Assembly (NCBI GenBank): GCA_964016885.1
Contig: OZ024742.1
Coordinates: forward strand, 45,322,001-45,386,000
Length of the DNA stretch: 64,000 nucleotides
Reading direction: 5' to 3'
DNA from: Eledone cirrhosa
Taxonomy: Eukaryota
Shown one piece after another: positions 1 to 10,849 of this stretch. Below the pieces are notes generated by a model. It was not told the DNA's origin, searched no databases, and saw only the letters and a program-made list of their open reading frames with translations. Within the stretch, counting starts at the first letter, position 1, and every line of letters begins with the position of its first letter. A program made the translations under genes and the position numbers.

Positions 1-330
1 CTGTTGATTCTGTGAGTACACCACAATCGCCAGACAAGTCTTGTCTGTTGATTCTGTGAGTACACCACAATCATCAGACAAGTCTTGTCTGTTGATTCTG
101 TGAGTACACCACAATCATCAAACAAGTCTTGTCTGTTGATTCTGTGAGTACACCACAATCGCCAGACAAGTGTTGTCTGGTGATTCTGTAAGTACACCAC
201 AATCACCAGGCAAGTCTTGTCTGGTGATTCTGTGAGTACACCACAATCACCAGAGAAGTCTTGTCTGTTGATTCTGTGAGTACACCACAATCACCAGACA
301 AGTCTTGTCTGGTGATTCTGTGAGTACACA
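1..330. repeat. 44-bp minisatellite, about 7.5 copies, truncated by window start
   Basis: Unit ctgttgattctgtgagtacaccacaatc(g/a)ccagacaagtcttgt with an internal inverted repeat (agacaag-t-cttgtct); no unique spacers. Confidence 0.95.
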
Positions 331-462
331 GATGAAATTCTAGAGTAACAAGACTCATCACTTAGTCATAATATAGAATATTATTAAGCTCTAATTTGGT
401 ATTGAGTACTCATTCTGTCTGTCAACATCACATGAACATATATATATATATAAAATTGGCTA

Positions 463-3400
463 CTGGCTGCTTTTCGATATGATGGATGGACTAAGGAATT
501 TCTGGAGAGTCTGAAGAATCTGGACACTCGATGACAATGCCAAAGATAATGACAAATTCACCTCATGCTGCCGGACGAAAGGGCAAGGCGCCCCCCCCTC
601 CTCTTTGTTTCGGCCGCGGATGGCCAACATAACCCCAAACTCATTCCCCTCACCCCTCCCCTCGCCCCATCTTCCAAACACAATCCAAAACTTCAGAGTT
701 GGTACCATGAACGTTGGCACCTTAAAAGGCCGCTCTAACGAGGTTGTAGAAATGCTTGAACGTAAGGAGGTTGATGTTTGCTGTATCCAAGAGACCAGGT
801 GGAGGGGCGGGTCTGCTAGATTCATTGTGGGTAAAAAATGTTGCTATAAGCTTTTCTGGGTGGGGAATGCCAATGGGATAGGTGGGGTAGGAATCATGTT
901 AGCAGAAAAATGGGTGGATAAGATAATAGATGTAAATAGAGTGAATGACAGAATAATTAAAATAAGACTTGTTCTAAACAGAACTACTGTGACAGTAATA
1001 TCTGCATACGAGCCCCAATCCGGACTGCCTGGCGCTATAAAAGACAGATTCTATGAGACACTGATGCTCACTACCTCCCAAATAACCGACAGTGACTATA
1101 TAATTATTGCTGGCGACCTAAATGGTCGCGTTGGACAACATTGTGACGGCTATGACAGAATCCACGGAGGCTATGGATTTGGTACTAGAAACGAGGAAGG
1201 CTCCAGAATCCTGGAATTCTGTGATGCAAACAACCTAACTATCTGTAACACAAACATCAAAAAACGAGACAATCACTTGATCACCTACAGATCAGGAGAA
1301 CATACCAGCCAGGTAGATTATATCCTTACCAGAAGACGTGACAGAGTGTCTGTTGTAAACTCTAAATCCCTCCCCCATGAAGAATGCACCTCCCAACATA
1401 GACTGATAATTAGCGACCTCATAGTCAGGACGAGACGTACTAGACAGCAGAAGAGGACTATCCTCAGGAGAAAAATATGGAAGCTAAAGGATCCCGCAGC
1501 CAGAAATAAATTTCAAAGCATATTACTTGATGCTTTCGACAGTAAGGAAGAGCAATTAGAGTCGTACAAGGTAGAGGAACAGTGGGAATTCCTGAAAGCA
1601 AACCTGCTGATGGCGGCAGACGAAGTCTGTGGCTGGAGAGGCCTGTAGGCAGGAGGAGAGTAACATGGTGGTGGAACAGTAAGGTGGAGGGGTCAATCAA
1701 GGCCAAAAAGCAGGCTTGGAAAGCATGGCGGGGTGGGGGAAGTAGAGAAGACTATCAAGTGGCCAGGAGGGAAGCTAGTAGACAAGTGTACTTCGCAAGA
1801 AGGGAAGCAGAGGAAAGAAAGTTCAAGCATGTTCTACAACGCGAGGACCAAAAATGTGAGGTGTTCAGTTTTGCTAGGCAATGTGTCAAGGAAAACCGTG
1901 ATATAGTCGGGGAGTAGTGTGTACTTAACGATGATGGTTTACTTGCCATCACTGACGCTGATAAGAAGGTAGCTTGGAAGTGTCACTACGAAAGGCTAAT
2001 AAATGGGAGAAAGACAGTCTCCCCCACATCGACCCAATAGAGGGACCAGCAGTGTTAGTCGAAGGTAGTATAATAAGTAAGGCAATCAAAGATATGAAGA
2101 CGGGTAAGGCGGCTAGGCCTTTGGAAATAGTTGCTGAGATGCTGAAAGCCTCTGGAACGGTGGGACACACCATGGTCACCCGGATAGTAAACCAAGTCAT
2201 ACAGAATGGGGTTGTTCCGAAGGACTGGCGTAGCAGCATCATCGTTAACTGTTACAAGGGTAAAGGAGACGCCCTAGATAGGAGTAACTATAGAGGCATT
2301 AAATTAATCGACCATGTCATGAAGGTCACGGAAAAAGTAATAGCGCAACTAATCAGAGAGAGAATTGATCTAGATGAAATGCAGTTCGGGTTTGTGTCAG
2401 GCAAAAGTACCACAGACGCTCTTTTCATTGTACGACAACTACAGGAGAAGTACCTAGCTAAAAGAAAACCCCTATACTTAGCTTTTGTCGACTTGGAGAA
2501 AGCCTTCGACAGAGTCCCCCGTTCCATTATCTGGTGGGCTCTTAGAAAACTAGGTGTTGACGAATGGCTTGTGAGAGCTATACAAGCCATGTATAAAGAA
2601 ACAGTCAGCAAGGTTAGAATTAACAACGAATATAGTGAAGAGTTTAGCATAAAAGTTGGTGTCCATCAGGGCTCTGTTCTTAGCCCCCTACTATTTATTA
2701 TTGCCCTTCAGGCTATAACAGAGGAGTTCAAGACCGGCTGCCCATGGGAACTCCTATATGCAGATGATCTAACGCTCATAGCTGAATCAATGGCCGAGCT
2801 AGAGAAGAAATTCCAAACATGGAAGCACGGCCTAGAATCAAAAGGCCTTAAAATTAACCTGGCTAAGACTAAAGTTCTAGTTTGTAGGAAAGAAAATAAG
2901 GCGCCGGTCCCTTCCGGGAAATGGCCATGCTCAGTGTGTAGGAAAGGCGTAGGTAGAAACTCCATTTTTTGTCCCAAATGCAAAGTATGGGTGCATAAAA
3001 GATGTAGTGGGATCACAGGTAAGCTAACTAAGAACACAGATTTTACATGTGGCCAGTGCTCTGGTGCAATAAGTAGCAGCAAGTGCCCACAAAATACTAG
3101 CTCTTTCAATTGCGCAGAGGGTTCTATAGAAATAGTGGACAGCTTCCATTACCTGGGTGACAAAATCAGCAGTGGGGGAGGGTGCTCTGAAAGTACAGTA
3201 GCTAGAGTCAGAACTGGATGGAAAAAGTTCAGAGAGCTTATACCACTATTAGCCGCTAAAGGGTTCTCCCTAAAAATGAAAGGCAGGTTGTATGATGCCT
3301 GCATACGAACAGCAATTTTGCATGGCAGTGAGACCTGGGCATTGTGTGCAGAGGATATACGCAGACTAGAGAGGAACGAAGCTTGCATTTTCCGCTGGAT

Positions 3401-4102
3401 GTGTAATAATAGTAATATACGTGAACGGCAAAGCATAAACGAACTAAGGAAAAAATTAGAAATAAGAGAGATCAGATGTTGTTTACTCAAGAGAAGGCTA
3501 CGTTGGTATGGTCACGTGATGCGCATGAAAGACGACAGCTGTATAACAAAGTGCAGGGCAATAAAGATAGATGGTAGCCACGGAGTAGGCAGACCCAGAA
3601 AAACCTGGGACAAGCTGATAAATTCCGACCTCACACACTTACACCTCTCCAAGACAATGTCACTGGACCGAGACCTTTGGCGGTACTCAGTAATAGAGAA
3701 GACCCGCCTTACCTAAATACAAAGTAAAACCTACTACAGTCAGTCGGCATCTCTAACAAAATACACCCCCGTCCCACCACCCCCACCCCATCCACACCGC
3801 CCCTTTCAATGTAAAGTTATGTTGGTGCCACAACATCCAGGCCGAAACAAATGAGATCGTGTAGGTGTCACGACAAAAAACACACAGTCCACGCTGTAAT
3901 GTGGCCGTGTAAGCAACACGGTAAAAACCTCCCAGTCCCACATTGTAAATGTGGTTGGTGTTAGGAAGGGCATCCAGCTGTAGAAAACCCGCCAGACAGT
4001 CCTATGCGAGCAAGACAACCACTCTTGCCTCAAGTGGAAAAACTCCCGTCCAAACCCATGCAAGCGTGGAACATGGACGTTAAACGATGATGATGATGAT
4101 GA
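463..4102 (+). mobile_element. RTE-clade LINE (family A), near full length, a few disabling mutations
   Basis: APE endonuclease in ORF 605-1648 (TMNVGTL, IQETRW, AGDLN, SQHRL); RT in 1974-3716 (FVDLEKAFD, GVHQGSVLSP, YADD); PHD-like Cys cluster; 3' UTR ending in (GAT)n; frame breaks around 1640-2000. Confidence 0.95.
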
Positions 4103-4265
4103 TATATATATAGTAATAATAATAAATTTGAAGACTAAAATCCAAAGACGGCTCGATAAGGATAAATATATATCAAATATATAAGAAAGAAGATCCCGTT
4201 AAGGGTGAAAGCAGCGATTCTTTGCTTAAACTTTAATCTGTTATTTTAATAAATATATATATATA

Positions 4266-4885
4266 TCATCATCATCATCATTTTACGTCCACTTTTCCTT
4301 GCTTGCAAGGGTGGGACGGGTCTTATTAAGCACAGCATCTCTCCATTTGTCACGGTCCTTTGTCATCTCCTCCGTGAGCTTCAGTGATCGGAGGTCTGTT
4401 CTCACCACCTCCACCCATGTTTTTCATGGTCTTCCTCGACTGTGTCTTCCTTCTACTGGGATTTCTTGGCACTTCTTTACCCAGTGGTCATCCTCCATGC
4501 GCATCACATGTCCATACCAATGCAGTCTTCTCTCCTGCTCACTACAGCCTATCCCTCTTATACACAGTTTTTCTCTCAACTTGTCTATGCCTGGTTGTTC
4601 ATGCACATTGACATTGTACATCCAATGGAGCATGATTGCTTCATTTCTCTCTACCTGTTGTATATCTTCCACAGTTGCTGCCCATGTCTCACTAGCATGC
4701 AGCATCGCGCATCTCACACAGGCATCAATTAACCGGCCTTTCATTGGTAGGGAGAAACCCTTCTCTGTCAACGGAGGAAGCAGCTCCCTAAACTTCTTCC
4801 AACCCGTCCTTATTCTGGAAACTATGGCTTCGGAACACCCTCCTCCCTTACTAATCTGATCACCTAGGTATTGGAAGCTATCAAC
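4266..4885 (-). mobile_element. 5'-truncated RTE LINE (family B) 3' fragment
   Basis: C-terminal motifs ASETWA and RLHWYGHVMRM; tail cccacccttgcaagcaaggaaaagtggacgtaaaa(tga)n. Confidence 0.9.
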
Positions 4886-4888
4886 ATA

Positions 4889-5824
4889 TCTATATATATA
4901 AAACTGTGGTTGTCTGTCTGTCTATCGATTTTTGGCACACATCTCCTCTTAGAATCTCTCACGGAATTGCACCGAAATTGCTATACTTGTACATTGAGCC
5001 CTAGCGAAGACATCGGAAAAAAAATATTTCAAATTGACCCACCCTATGTGATGAAATCGAATATAATGTATCGATTTTTGAGCGTAAGTTATCAGTTATT
5101 TCCCTTTGTTCTGTTTACATTGAGCGTCTTACGTAAAAAATTACGCTGGCTTTCTCAGCGTTTAAAATGACATTAACACAATACACGAACGAACAGTTGT
5201 CGAGCCAGCAAAATATTGACCTGCAAAATTCATCAGTTCGAACACTAAGCTTCCGTTTTGCTTCATTTCCATTTAAAAGCATTTTAAAACAATATTTTTA
5301 CTTGAAAACAAGTCTATTTAAAGACTACGTAAAACAAGCAAATATTTCGTCGTTAGGCGTGCAGACAGACAGTCGTGCAGAGAGGTGATATACGCGTGCA
5401 GACAGACAGTCGGGCAGAGAGGTGATATAGGCGTGCAGACAGACAGTCGTGCAGAGAGGTGATATAGGCGTGCAGACAGACAGTCGTGCAGAGAGGTGAT
5501 ATAGGCGTGCAGACAGACATAACTGATAATTTGGTTACGCTAATGTTTTTCTCTGCGTTGCAGTGTTTACATTTTCGATCTTTGTTAATAAATAACCAGT
5601 GCAGTTTCTATCCCCAGCATCCTCTTTTGTTATAACATTCGGGTTATCGTTATGTTTTCTTAACTTCATAAGGCATATTGTTGGTTGAGGGAATATTAAT
5701 CAAAAACACCACATGCAAGTCTGCACAGTAGACACTACAGTTTTTAAGCCAAGAAAGAAACTTAACATTGTAACTTTAACACAGCTACTGAGCGACCCCG
5801 AGCAACGCCGGGCTTTACTGCTAG
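4889..5824 (+). mobile_element. Non-autonomous Helitron
   Basis: A|TC start (tctatatatataaaa...gtctgtctg), subterminal GC hairpin ccccgagc-aac-gccggg, CTAG|T end, no TSD. Confidence 0.8.
5354..5519. repeat. 37-bp tandem repeat, about 4.5 copies, inside the Helitron
   Basis: Unit taggcgtgcagacagacagtcgtgcagagaggtgata at 5354, 5391, 5428, 5465, 5502. Confidence 0.95.
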
Positions 5825-5904
5825 TATATATATATATATATATGTGTGTGTGTGCTAGACAAGGCTGAAGCATACAGGACAGGCTGAAGTATACATCCAG
5901 TGAA

Positions 5905-6174
5905 GCCTGCAGCCCACACTGTAAAGTAATTATAAGGGTGACATGATGAAAAGCACCCAGCCCACACTGTAAAGTGGTCGTGTAGGTGTCATGACAAAAA
6001 TCACCCAGTACTCACTGTAAATGAGGTTGGTGTTAGAAAGGGCACCCAGCTGTAGAAACCAAGCTAGAATCAGTTCTGTATGATAAAGACATGGTCACCT
6101 GACCTGGCATTGCTCACAACAGGACTAACCCATGGAAAAATGGACATTAAACAGTGATGATGATGATGATGATG
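5905..6174 (+). mobile_element. RTE 3'UTR-derived tail fragment
   Basis: Repeated gcacccagcccacactgtaaagtgg modules, ttagaaagggcacccagctgtagaaacc and (gat)n tail; similar pieces at 24290-24527, 37484-37752, 41836-42062(-), 52165-52520(-). Confidence 0.75.
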
Positions 6175-7073
6175 TGTGTGTATGTATAGCCAGTTGATTA
6201 GTAATAATGTATGACTATAGGTGGCACCTGTTTGTACACTCTGTATTTTTACATGAATTAGGTATTCAGTGTTAAAAGTGTGTATTAACACAAATATTTG
6301 TTTGTTATTTGTGTTCTATACAGAGTGTTCATATTAAGAAATTTCAGTTTAACAGATTTTATTCATAATTACACACAACATATAGTTCACAATCGACCAG
6401 CTCAGAGTCTCAATCCATTACAATCAGATACAATCCTAGGTTCAATTTGCTCATGATACACAGTGGAGATCAGAATTAAAACATGTTCTTTTCTGTTTGT
6501 GCAAGTCATCAGACCTGTGTATATATAGGATTTTGACCATGCCAGGGTGTAACGGTATGAATTTGTCGGGTTTAGTATGTAAGGTTGCTCATATACTGTG
6601 ATGACGATAACCGGGTGGAAGGTGGAAGGTAGAAGTTGAGATCATAATGAAAAGAAAATGTACATCATCATCATCATCATCAATGTTCATTTTCCACACT
6701 AGCATGAGTTAGATAGGTTGTCCTGTTTGAGGCAAGTTAAGTCAGGTGACTGTATATAATTAAGTAATGCCAGGAATAAGGTTAATGGGACACTCAGAAC
6801 TGTGGTCTACAAACAAACATAAAGTAATAGAAAATAAAAAAATACAAAACAAATGCAAATAAAGGAGATCAAGTAACCACATAAATGTTCCCTTGTTATT
6901 TATTTCACATTCACCTTCTAGTACTTTCTACTTACCAACACATACAATCATTAATTTTCATAGATTCTACTGTTCCACATTAAAAGTAATAGAATGTTGT
7001 TAGATGTTTCTTCTGTATATAAGTGCAAAACTTGACTGTAATAAATACTTCTTCATGATGTTCTGTTTTTCAG

Positions 7074-7318
7074 ATTACACCTGGAATGTCACATTCACTT
7101 TTTCAAAAAAAATGTTTTCTGGTACTAATAACATATTCGTTTTGGAATTAATTAGTGATAACAAACATGTTAATTCAACACAACTAGCATGTAACAATAA
7201 ATGTAATAAAGGAGACGTGAGTGAATTCACAATTACTACTAAATATATTGATCCTGTAAAAAAAATAATGCTACATGATATTGATAAAGGTTATTTTACT
7301 GGTTGGTTGATGAACAAT
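7074..7318 (+). CDS. Host gene 1, first visible exon: PLAT/LH2-like domain
   Basis: Acceptor ttctgtttttcag|, donor |gtaagt, phase 1/0; YTWNVTFTF..FSGTNN.FVLEL...KGDVSEFTI...IMLHD..GYFTGWLMNN resembles the PLAT pattern (GT, G..D.F, HD..G, W.L). Confidence 0.75.
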
Positions 7319-7442
7319 GTAAGTATTTTATAATTCTTTTAAACATATATAGGTGTACAGGTGTATGTATCTATGTATGAATGTATGTATGTATAAATGT
7401 ATGTATACCATGACCATGTTATTCTTCACTCTTTCACTATAT

Positions 7443-7495
<53 letters not shown>

Positions 7496-7499
<4 letters not shown>

Positions 7500-9330
7500 A
7501 AGAGTGAAGAATAACATGGTCAACAGTACAAAAAGGGTTTTATTTACAGTATTAACAACTGTTTCATCGATTAGGATGTCTAAAGATTGCTAATCACTTG
7601 AAGTTGTGTCACTCAATCTTAAATACAGTGTATGCCTAATCAAATTATCGGAATAACTGACAAAATTACACTCGATATTTGTATTTATATTATGGAGAAT
7701 TCAAATAACAACATCAATAATAAAGAAATAAAAATAAAAATAAAAATAAAAATAATAAAGAAGTTAGAATGAAGATGATAAAAAAATAAGTAAAAAATAT
7801 ATACGTGAAAAAAATATGATTGTTGAAAATAGTGGTGTGGTGGTTAAAGTTATAGTGGTGTGTAAGTATAAAGATGTGATGAGAGTAGGAATATTATTAA
7901 TAGGAAAATAAATATTAAATATATACATATGTATTGGTTAAATCACAGATGGTTAGAGTAGGAAGAAAGAATATAATGATAAATAACTTATAAAAGATAA
8001 ATTAATAAATTAGAAGTTAGGTTAGAGGTTAAGAGATATAGGATAGGAAGTTTATGATGTTGATTTAGTGATTAGTTGGTCTGTTGACAGTTAATAATAG
8101 TGAGTTGGTATGTAGTTATTATAGTAGACTCTGGGTGGTTCAGCTTGAATTATGGGATTGTTGGATCGAATCATGTTGGTTTGAAATTTGCAAATTTAGT
8201 AGCTGCTTTGTGCCTACAGAAAATTGATTGTTCTATTTTGCTGTTAAGCAGCATTTTGTCATACTTTAAAATATAGAACAGCTCCATATTGCAAAGTCTT
8301 CAGTGGGACATTCCTTTTCTGTAGGCCTTTGCTCCCGATAATTTCGACAACATGATTCGATCCAACAATCCAATAATTCAAGCTGAACCACCCAGAGTCT
8401 ACTATAATAACTACATACCAACTCACTATTATTAACTGTCAACAAATGAACTAATCACTAAATCAACATCATAAACCTCCTATCCTATATCTCTTAACCT
8501 CTAACCTAACTTCTAATTTATTAATTTATCTTTTATAAGTTATTTATCATTATATTCTTTCTTCCTACTCTAACCATCTGTGATTTAACCAATACATGTG
8601 TATATATTTAATATTTATTTTCCTATTAATAATATTCCTACCCTCATCACATCTTCATACTTACACACCACTATAACTTTAACCACCACTACCACTATTT
8701 TCAACAAACATATTATGTTCATATATTTTTTTCACGTATATATTTTTTACTTATTTTTTATCATCTTCATTCTAACTTCTTTATTATTTTTATTTTTATT
8801 TTTATTTTTATTTTTATTATTTTTATTTTTATTTTTATTTTTATTATTTTTATTTTTATTTTTATTTTTATTTTTATTTTTATTTTTATTTTTATTTTTA
8901 TTTTTATTTTTATTTTTATTTTTATTTTTATTTCCTTATTATTGATGTTGTTATTTGAATTCTCTGTAATATAAATACAAATATCGAGTGTAATTTTGTC
9001 AGTTATTCCGATGATTTGATTAAGCATACACTGTATTTAAGATTGAGTGACACAACTTCAAATGATTAGCAATCTTTAGACATCCTAATCAATGAAACAA
9101 TTGTTAATACTGTAAATAAAACGTTTTTTGTACTGTTGACCATGTTATTCTTCACTCTTTCACTATTATTACTCCAAGATTAACCTGCATAGGAAATCCC
9201 GGGAACTCGCCACCTAACTATGGAAACATCTTGTTGAGTCAAACAACGCCGTACATTAAAACTATCCACAATACAGAGTACTTACAACCTCTAACTGGAT
9301 TACCTATAACGATAATTTGTTATCCCATAT
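7496..9330. mobile_element. PLE 3' end plus inverted pseudo-LTR copy (fold-back with arms of about 700-800 bp)
   Basis: Arms ~7496-8180 and ~8347-9166 are inverted; the spacer reads on - as a PLE C-terminus (AKAY..RLCNMELFYIL..LLNSKIE..CRHK); both outer ends abut (TA)n. Confidence 0.8.
9000..9112 (+). ncRNA. Degenerate type I hammerhead-like motif (mirror copy 7547-7659 on -)
   Basis: cagttatt CCGATGA tttgatta..long..taatcaat GAAAC AATT GTT aatactg; U4 replaced by C. Confidence 0.5.
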
Positions 9331-9534
9331 ATATATATATATATATATATATCAAAAGTATATATCGAGTTAAAAACTCACATTAGTCCCTTATAATCAA
9401 AGTACCTCAAGAAAAAAATGTTCTGAGCTTTATAAAACAATAGAGACAAACAGATATATAAACATATGCATCCAAATCACAGTTGACATAAATTGCCAGG
9501 GTGTAGAAAATACTCATTAAAGATAATATGGTTC

Positions 9535-9671
9535 ACGCACACCCTTTACAGTCTGAGTTCAAATCCCGCCGAGGTTAACTTTGCCTTTCATCCTTACGGG
9601 GTCGATAAAATAAAGTACCAGTAATGCACTGGGTAATTGCTGGCCTTGTGCCAAAAGTAGAAACAATTATT
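9535..9671 (+). mobile_element. SINE family 2 fragment
   Basis: B-box gagttcaaatccc, then ctttgcctttcatccttacggggtcgataaa, end ccaaaagtagaaacaattatt; two tandem copies at 34597-34910. Confidence 0.8.
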
Positions 9672-9715
9672 TAGTCTTCTAAGGAAATTAGTAGTGAAGT
9701 GATTACTGATCCGAA

Positions 9716-9791
9716 CAACCACGGAAGAGCATTGGATTTTTAACTCACTCCACTGAATTGCGAAACATTTCTACCCAAAGCTGTCTGGGTG
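9716..9791 (+). ncRNA. Degenerate hammerhead, homologue of 28908-28985
   Basis: caacca CGGAAGA gca..tgc GAAACA..TGTC tgggtg; U4 replaced by G. Confidence 0.55.
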
Positions 9792-9951
9792 TGATAGTTA
9801 TCATAATCTGTTTGTAAATCTTAATTTATCCTTTTAATTGAGTCTTATGAACCGTATTATCTTTAACCAGTATGTTCTACACCCTGGCAGTTTATGTTCC
9901 TTGTGATTTGAACACACATGTATATATCTGTGTTTGTCTCTTTATTGTATA

Positions 9952-10848
9952 CTAGCTGGCTCGTCCGGCTGGTGCCCGGCTAGGTATACCGGCAAATTAT
10001 CTTTTCAGCAATCCGCCCCCTACACTCTAGTGAAAAGATACCGCATGCCCTCTCAAGTCAGTGAGGTGGGGGGGGGGGGGGGGGGGGTAACGTGCTCTGA
10101 TGTTGGGTTTGAATAGTTTTTAGGATTCCCCAGTTCAGCAGCCAGTCCGTTAAAGAAAATTGATAGTTACAACAATAAAGGCTGAACAGAGAACAAATTT
10201 TTTAACAAACAATAATCTGTACAACCATAATCGAAATTCCAAGTAACAGAAAATATTTAGATTACATTGTTAAAGCCTCAGAGTATACAATATTTTTTGT
10301 TCGGCCCTCCGGAGCAAAGATGAAGAGATTGTTTGGCAAGCTCACCCTAGAGCATCCTACATTCAATTGACCATGGGAGAATCACTGATTTCGTAGCTCG
10401 TTTCACGGAGAAGTTCTGTAGACATTGACCTCTGGACACTCCTGTCAGGAGCAGGTAAGCTGTAGTGACTTAGAGGCCTACCACCAATCTCCAGGACACT
10501 GTTTTCAAGACAAATGAGCGCCTCATTGAAAACGATATCGTATTTTACGTTCGGATTGTGTCTGTGTGTGCGGTGGAGGATGTCCTCAGCTAGACTTTCG
10601 TGGTGGTTGTTCCACATTGCGAGAGGGTTGGCAAGATTGCAGTTGTGCAGCATAATAGCAAAAAGTTTTCGCAGCTGAGAGGGGACTTTAGCAGTTGCTG
10701 CTTCTAGCAGGGTGAGGTGCCAATGGCTGTCATCGTGTAACATACCGCACATCTGGCAAGCCTAACGGTAAGTGGAACATTGATGGCCATTGATGGTTCT
10801 CAGATCTTGGAAAGACTGTGATCCTCTAACCTCGAACAGTAACAATGA
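9952..10848 (-). mobile_element. Internally deleted Helitron (RepHel remnant)
   Basis: Linker GMLHDDSHW..LLEAA..PSQLRKLFA..LAEDIL joined to the Pif1 helicase end SHGQLNVGCSRV...TKNIVYSEAL*; 3' GC hairpin and CTAG|T at 9952-9955. Confidence 0.88.
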
Positions 10849-10849
10849 T

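Larger units (their letters stand above)
9355..9951. mobile_element. PLE-type non-coding fold-back insert interrupted by a SINE, related to 28695-29170
   Basis: 9430-9481 is inverted to 9901-9951; clear similarity to 28701-28840 and 29100-29165; HHR-like motif inside. Confidence 0.65.

Noticed and set aside
1-330. CRISPR-like palindromic repeats
   Set aside because: Head-to-tail units with no unique spacers, no cas genes, eukaryotic context
6324-6439. Possible upstream exon of host gene 1 (VFILRNFSLTD...)
   Set aside because: The acceptor is plausible but the only phase-compatible donor (GTTCAA) is weak, and there is no signal peptide or domain similarity
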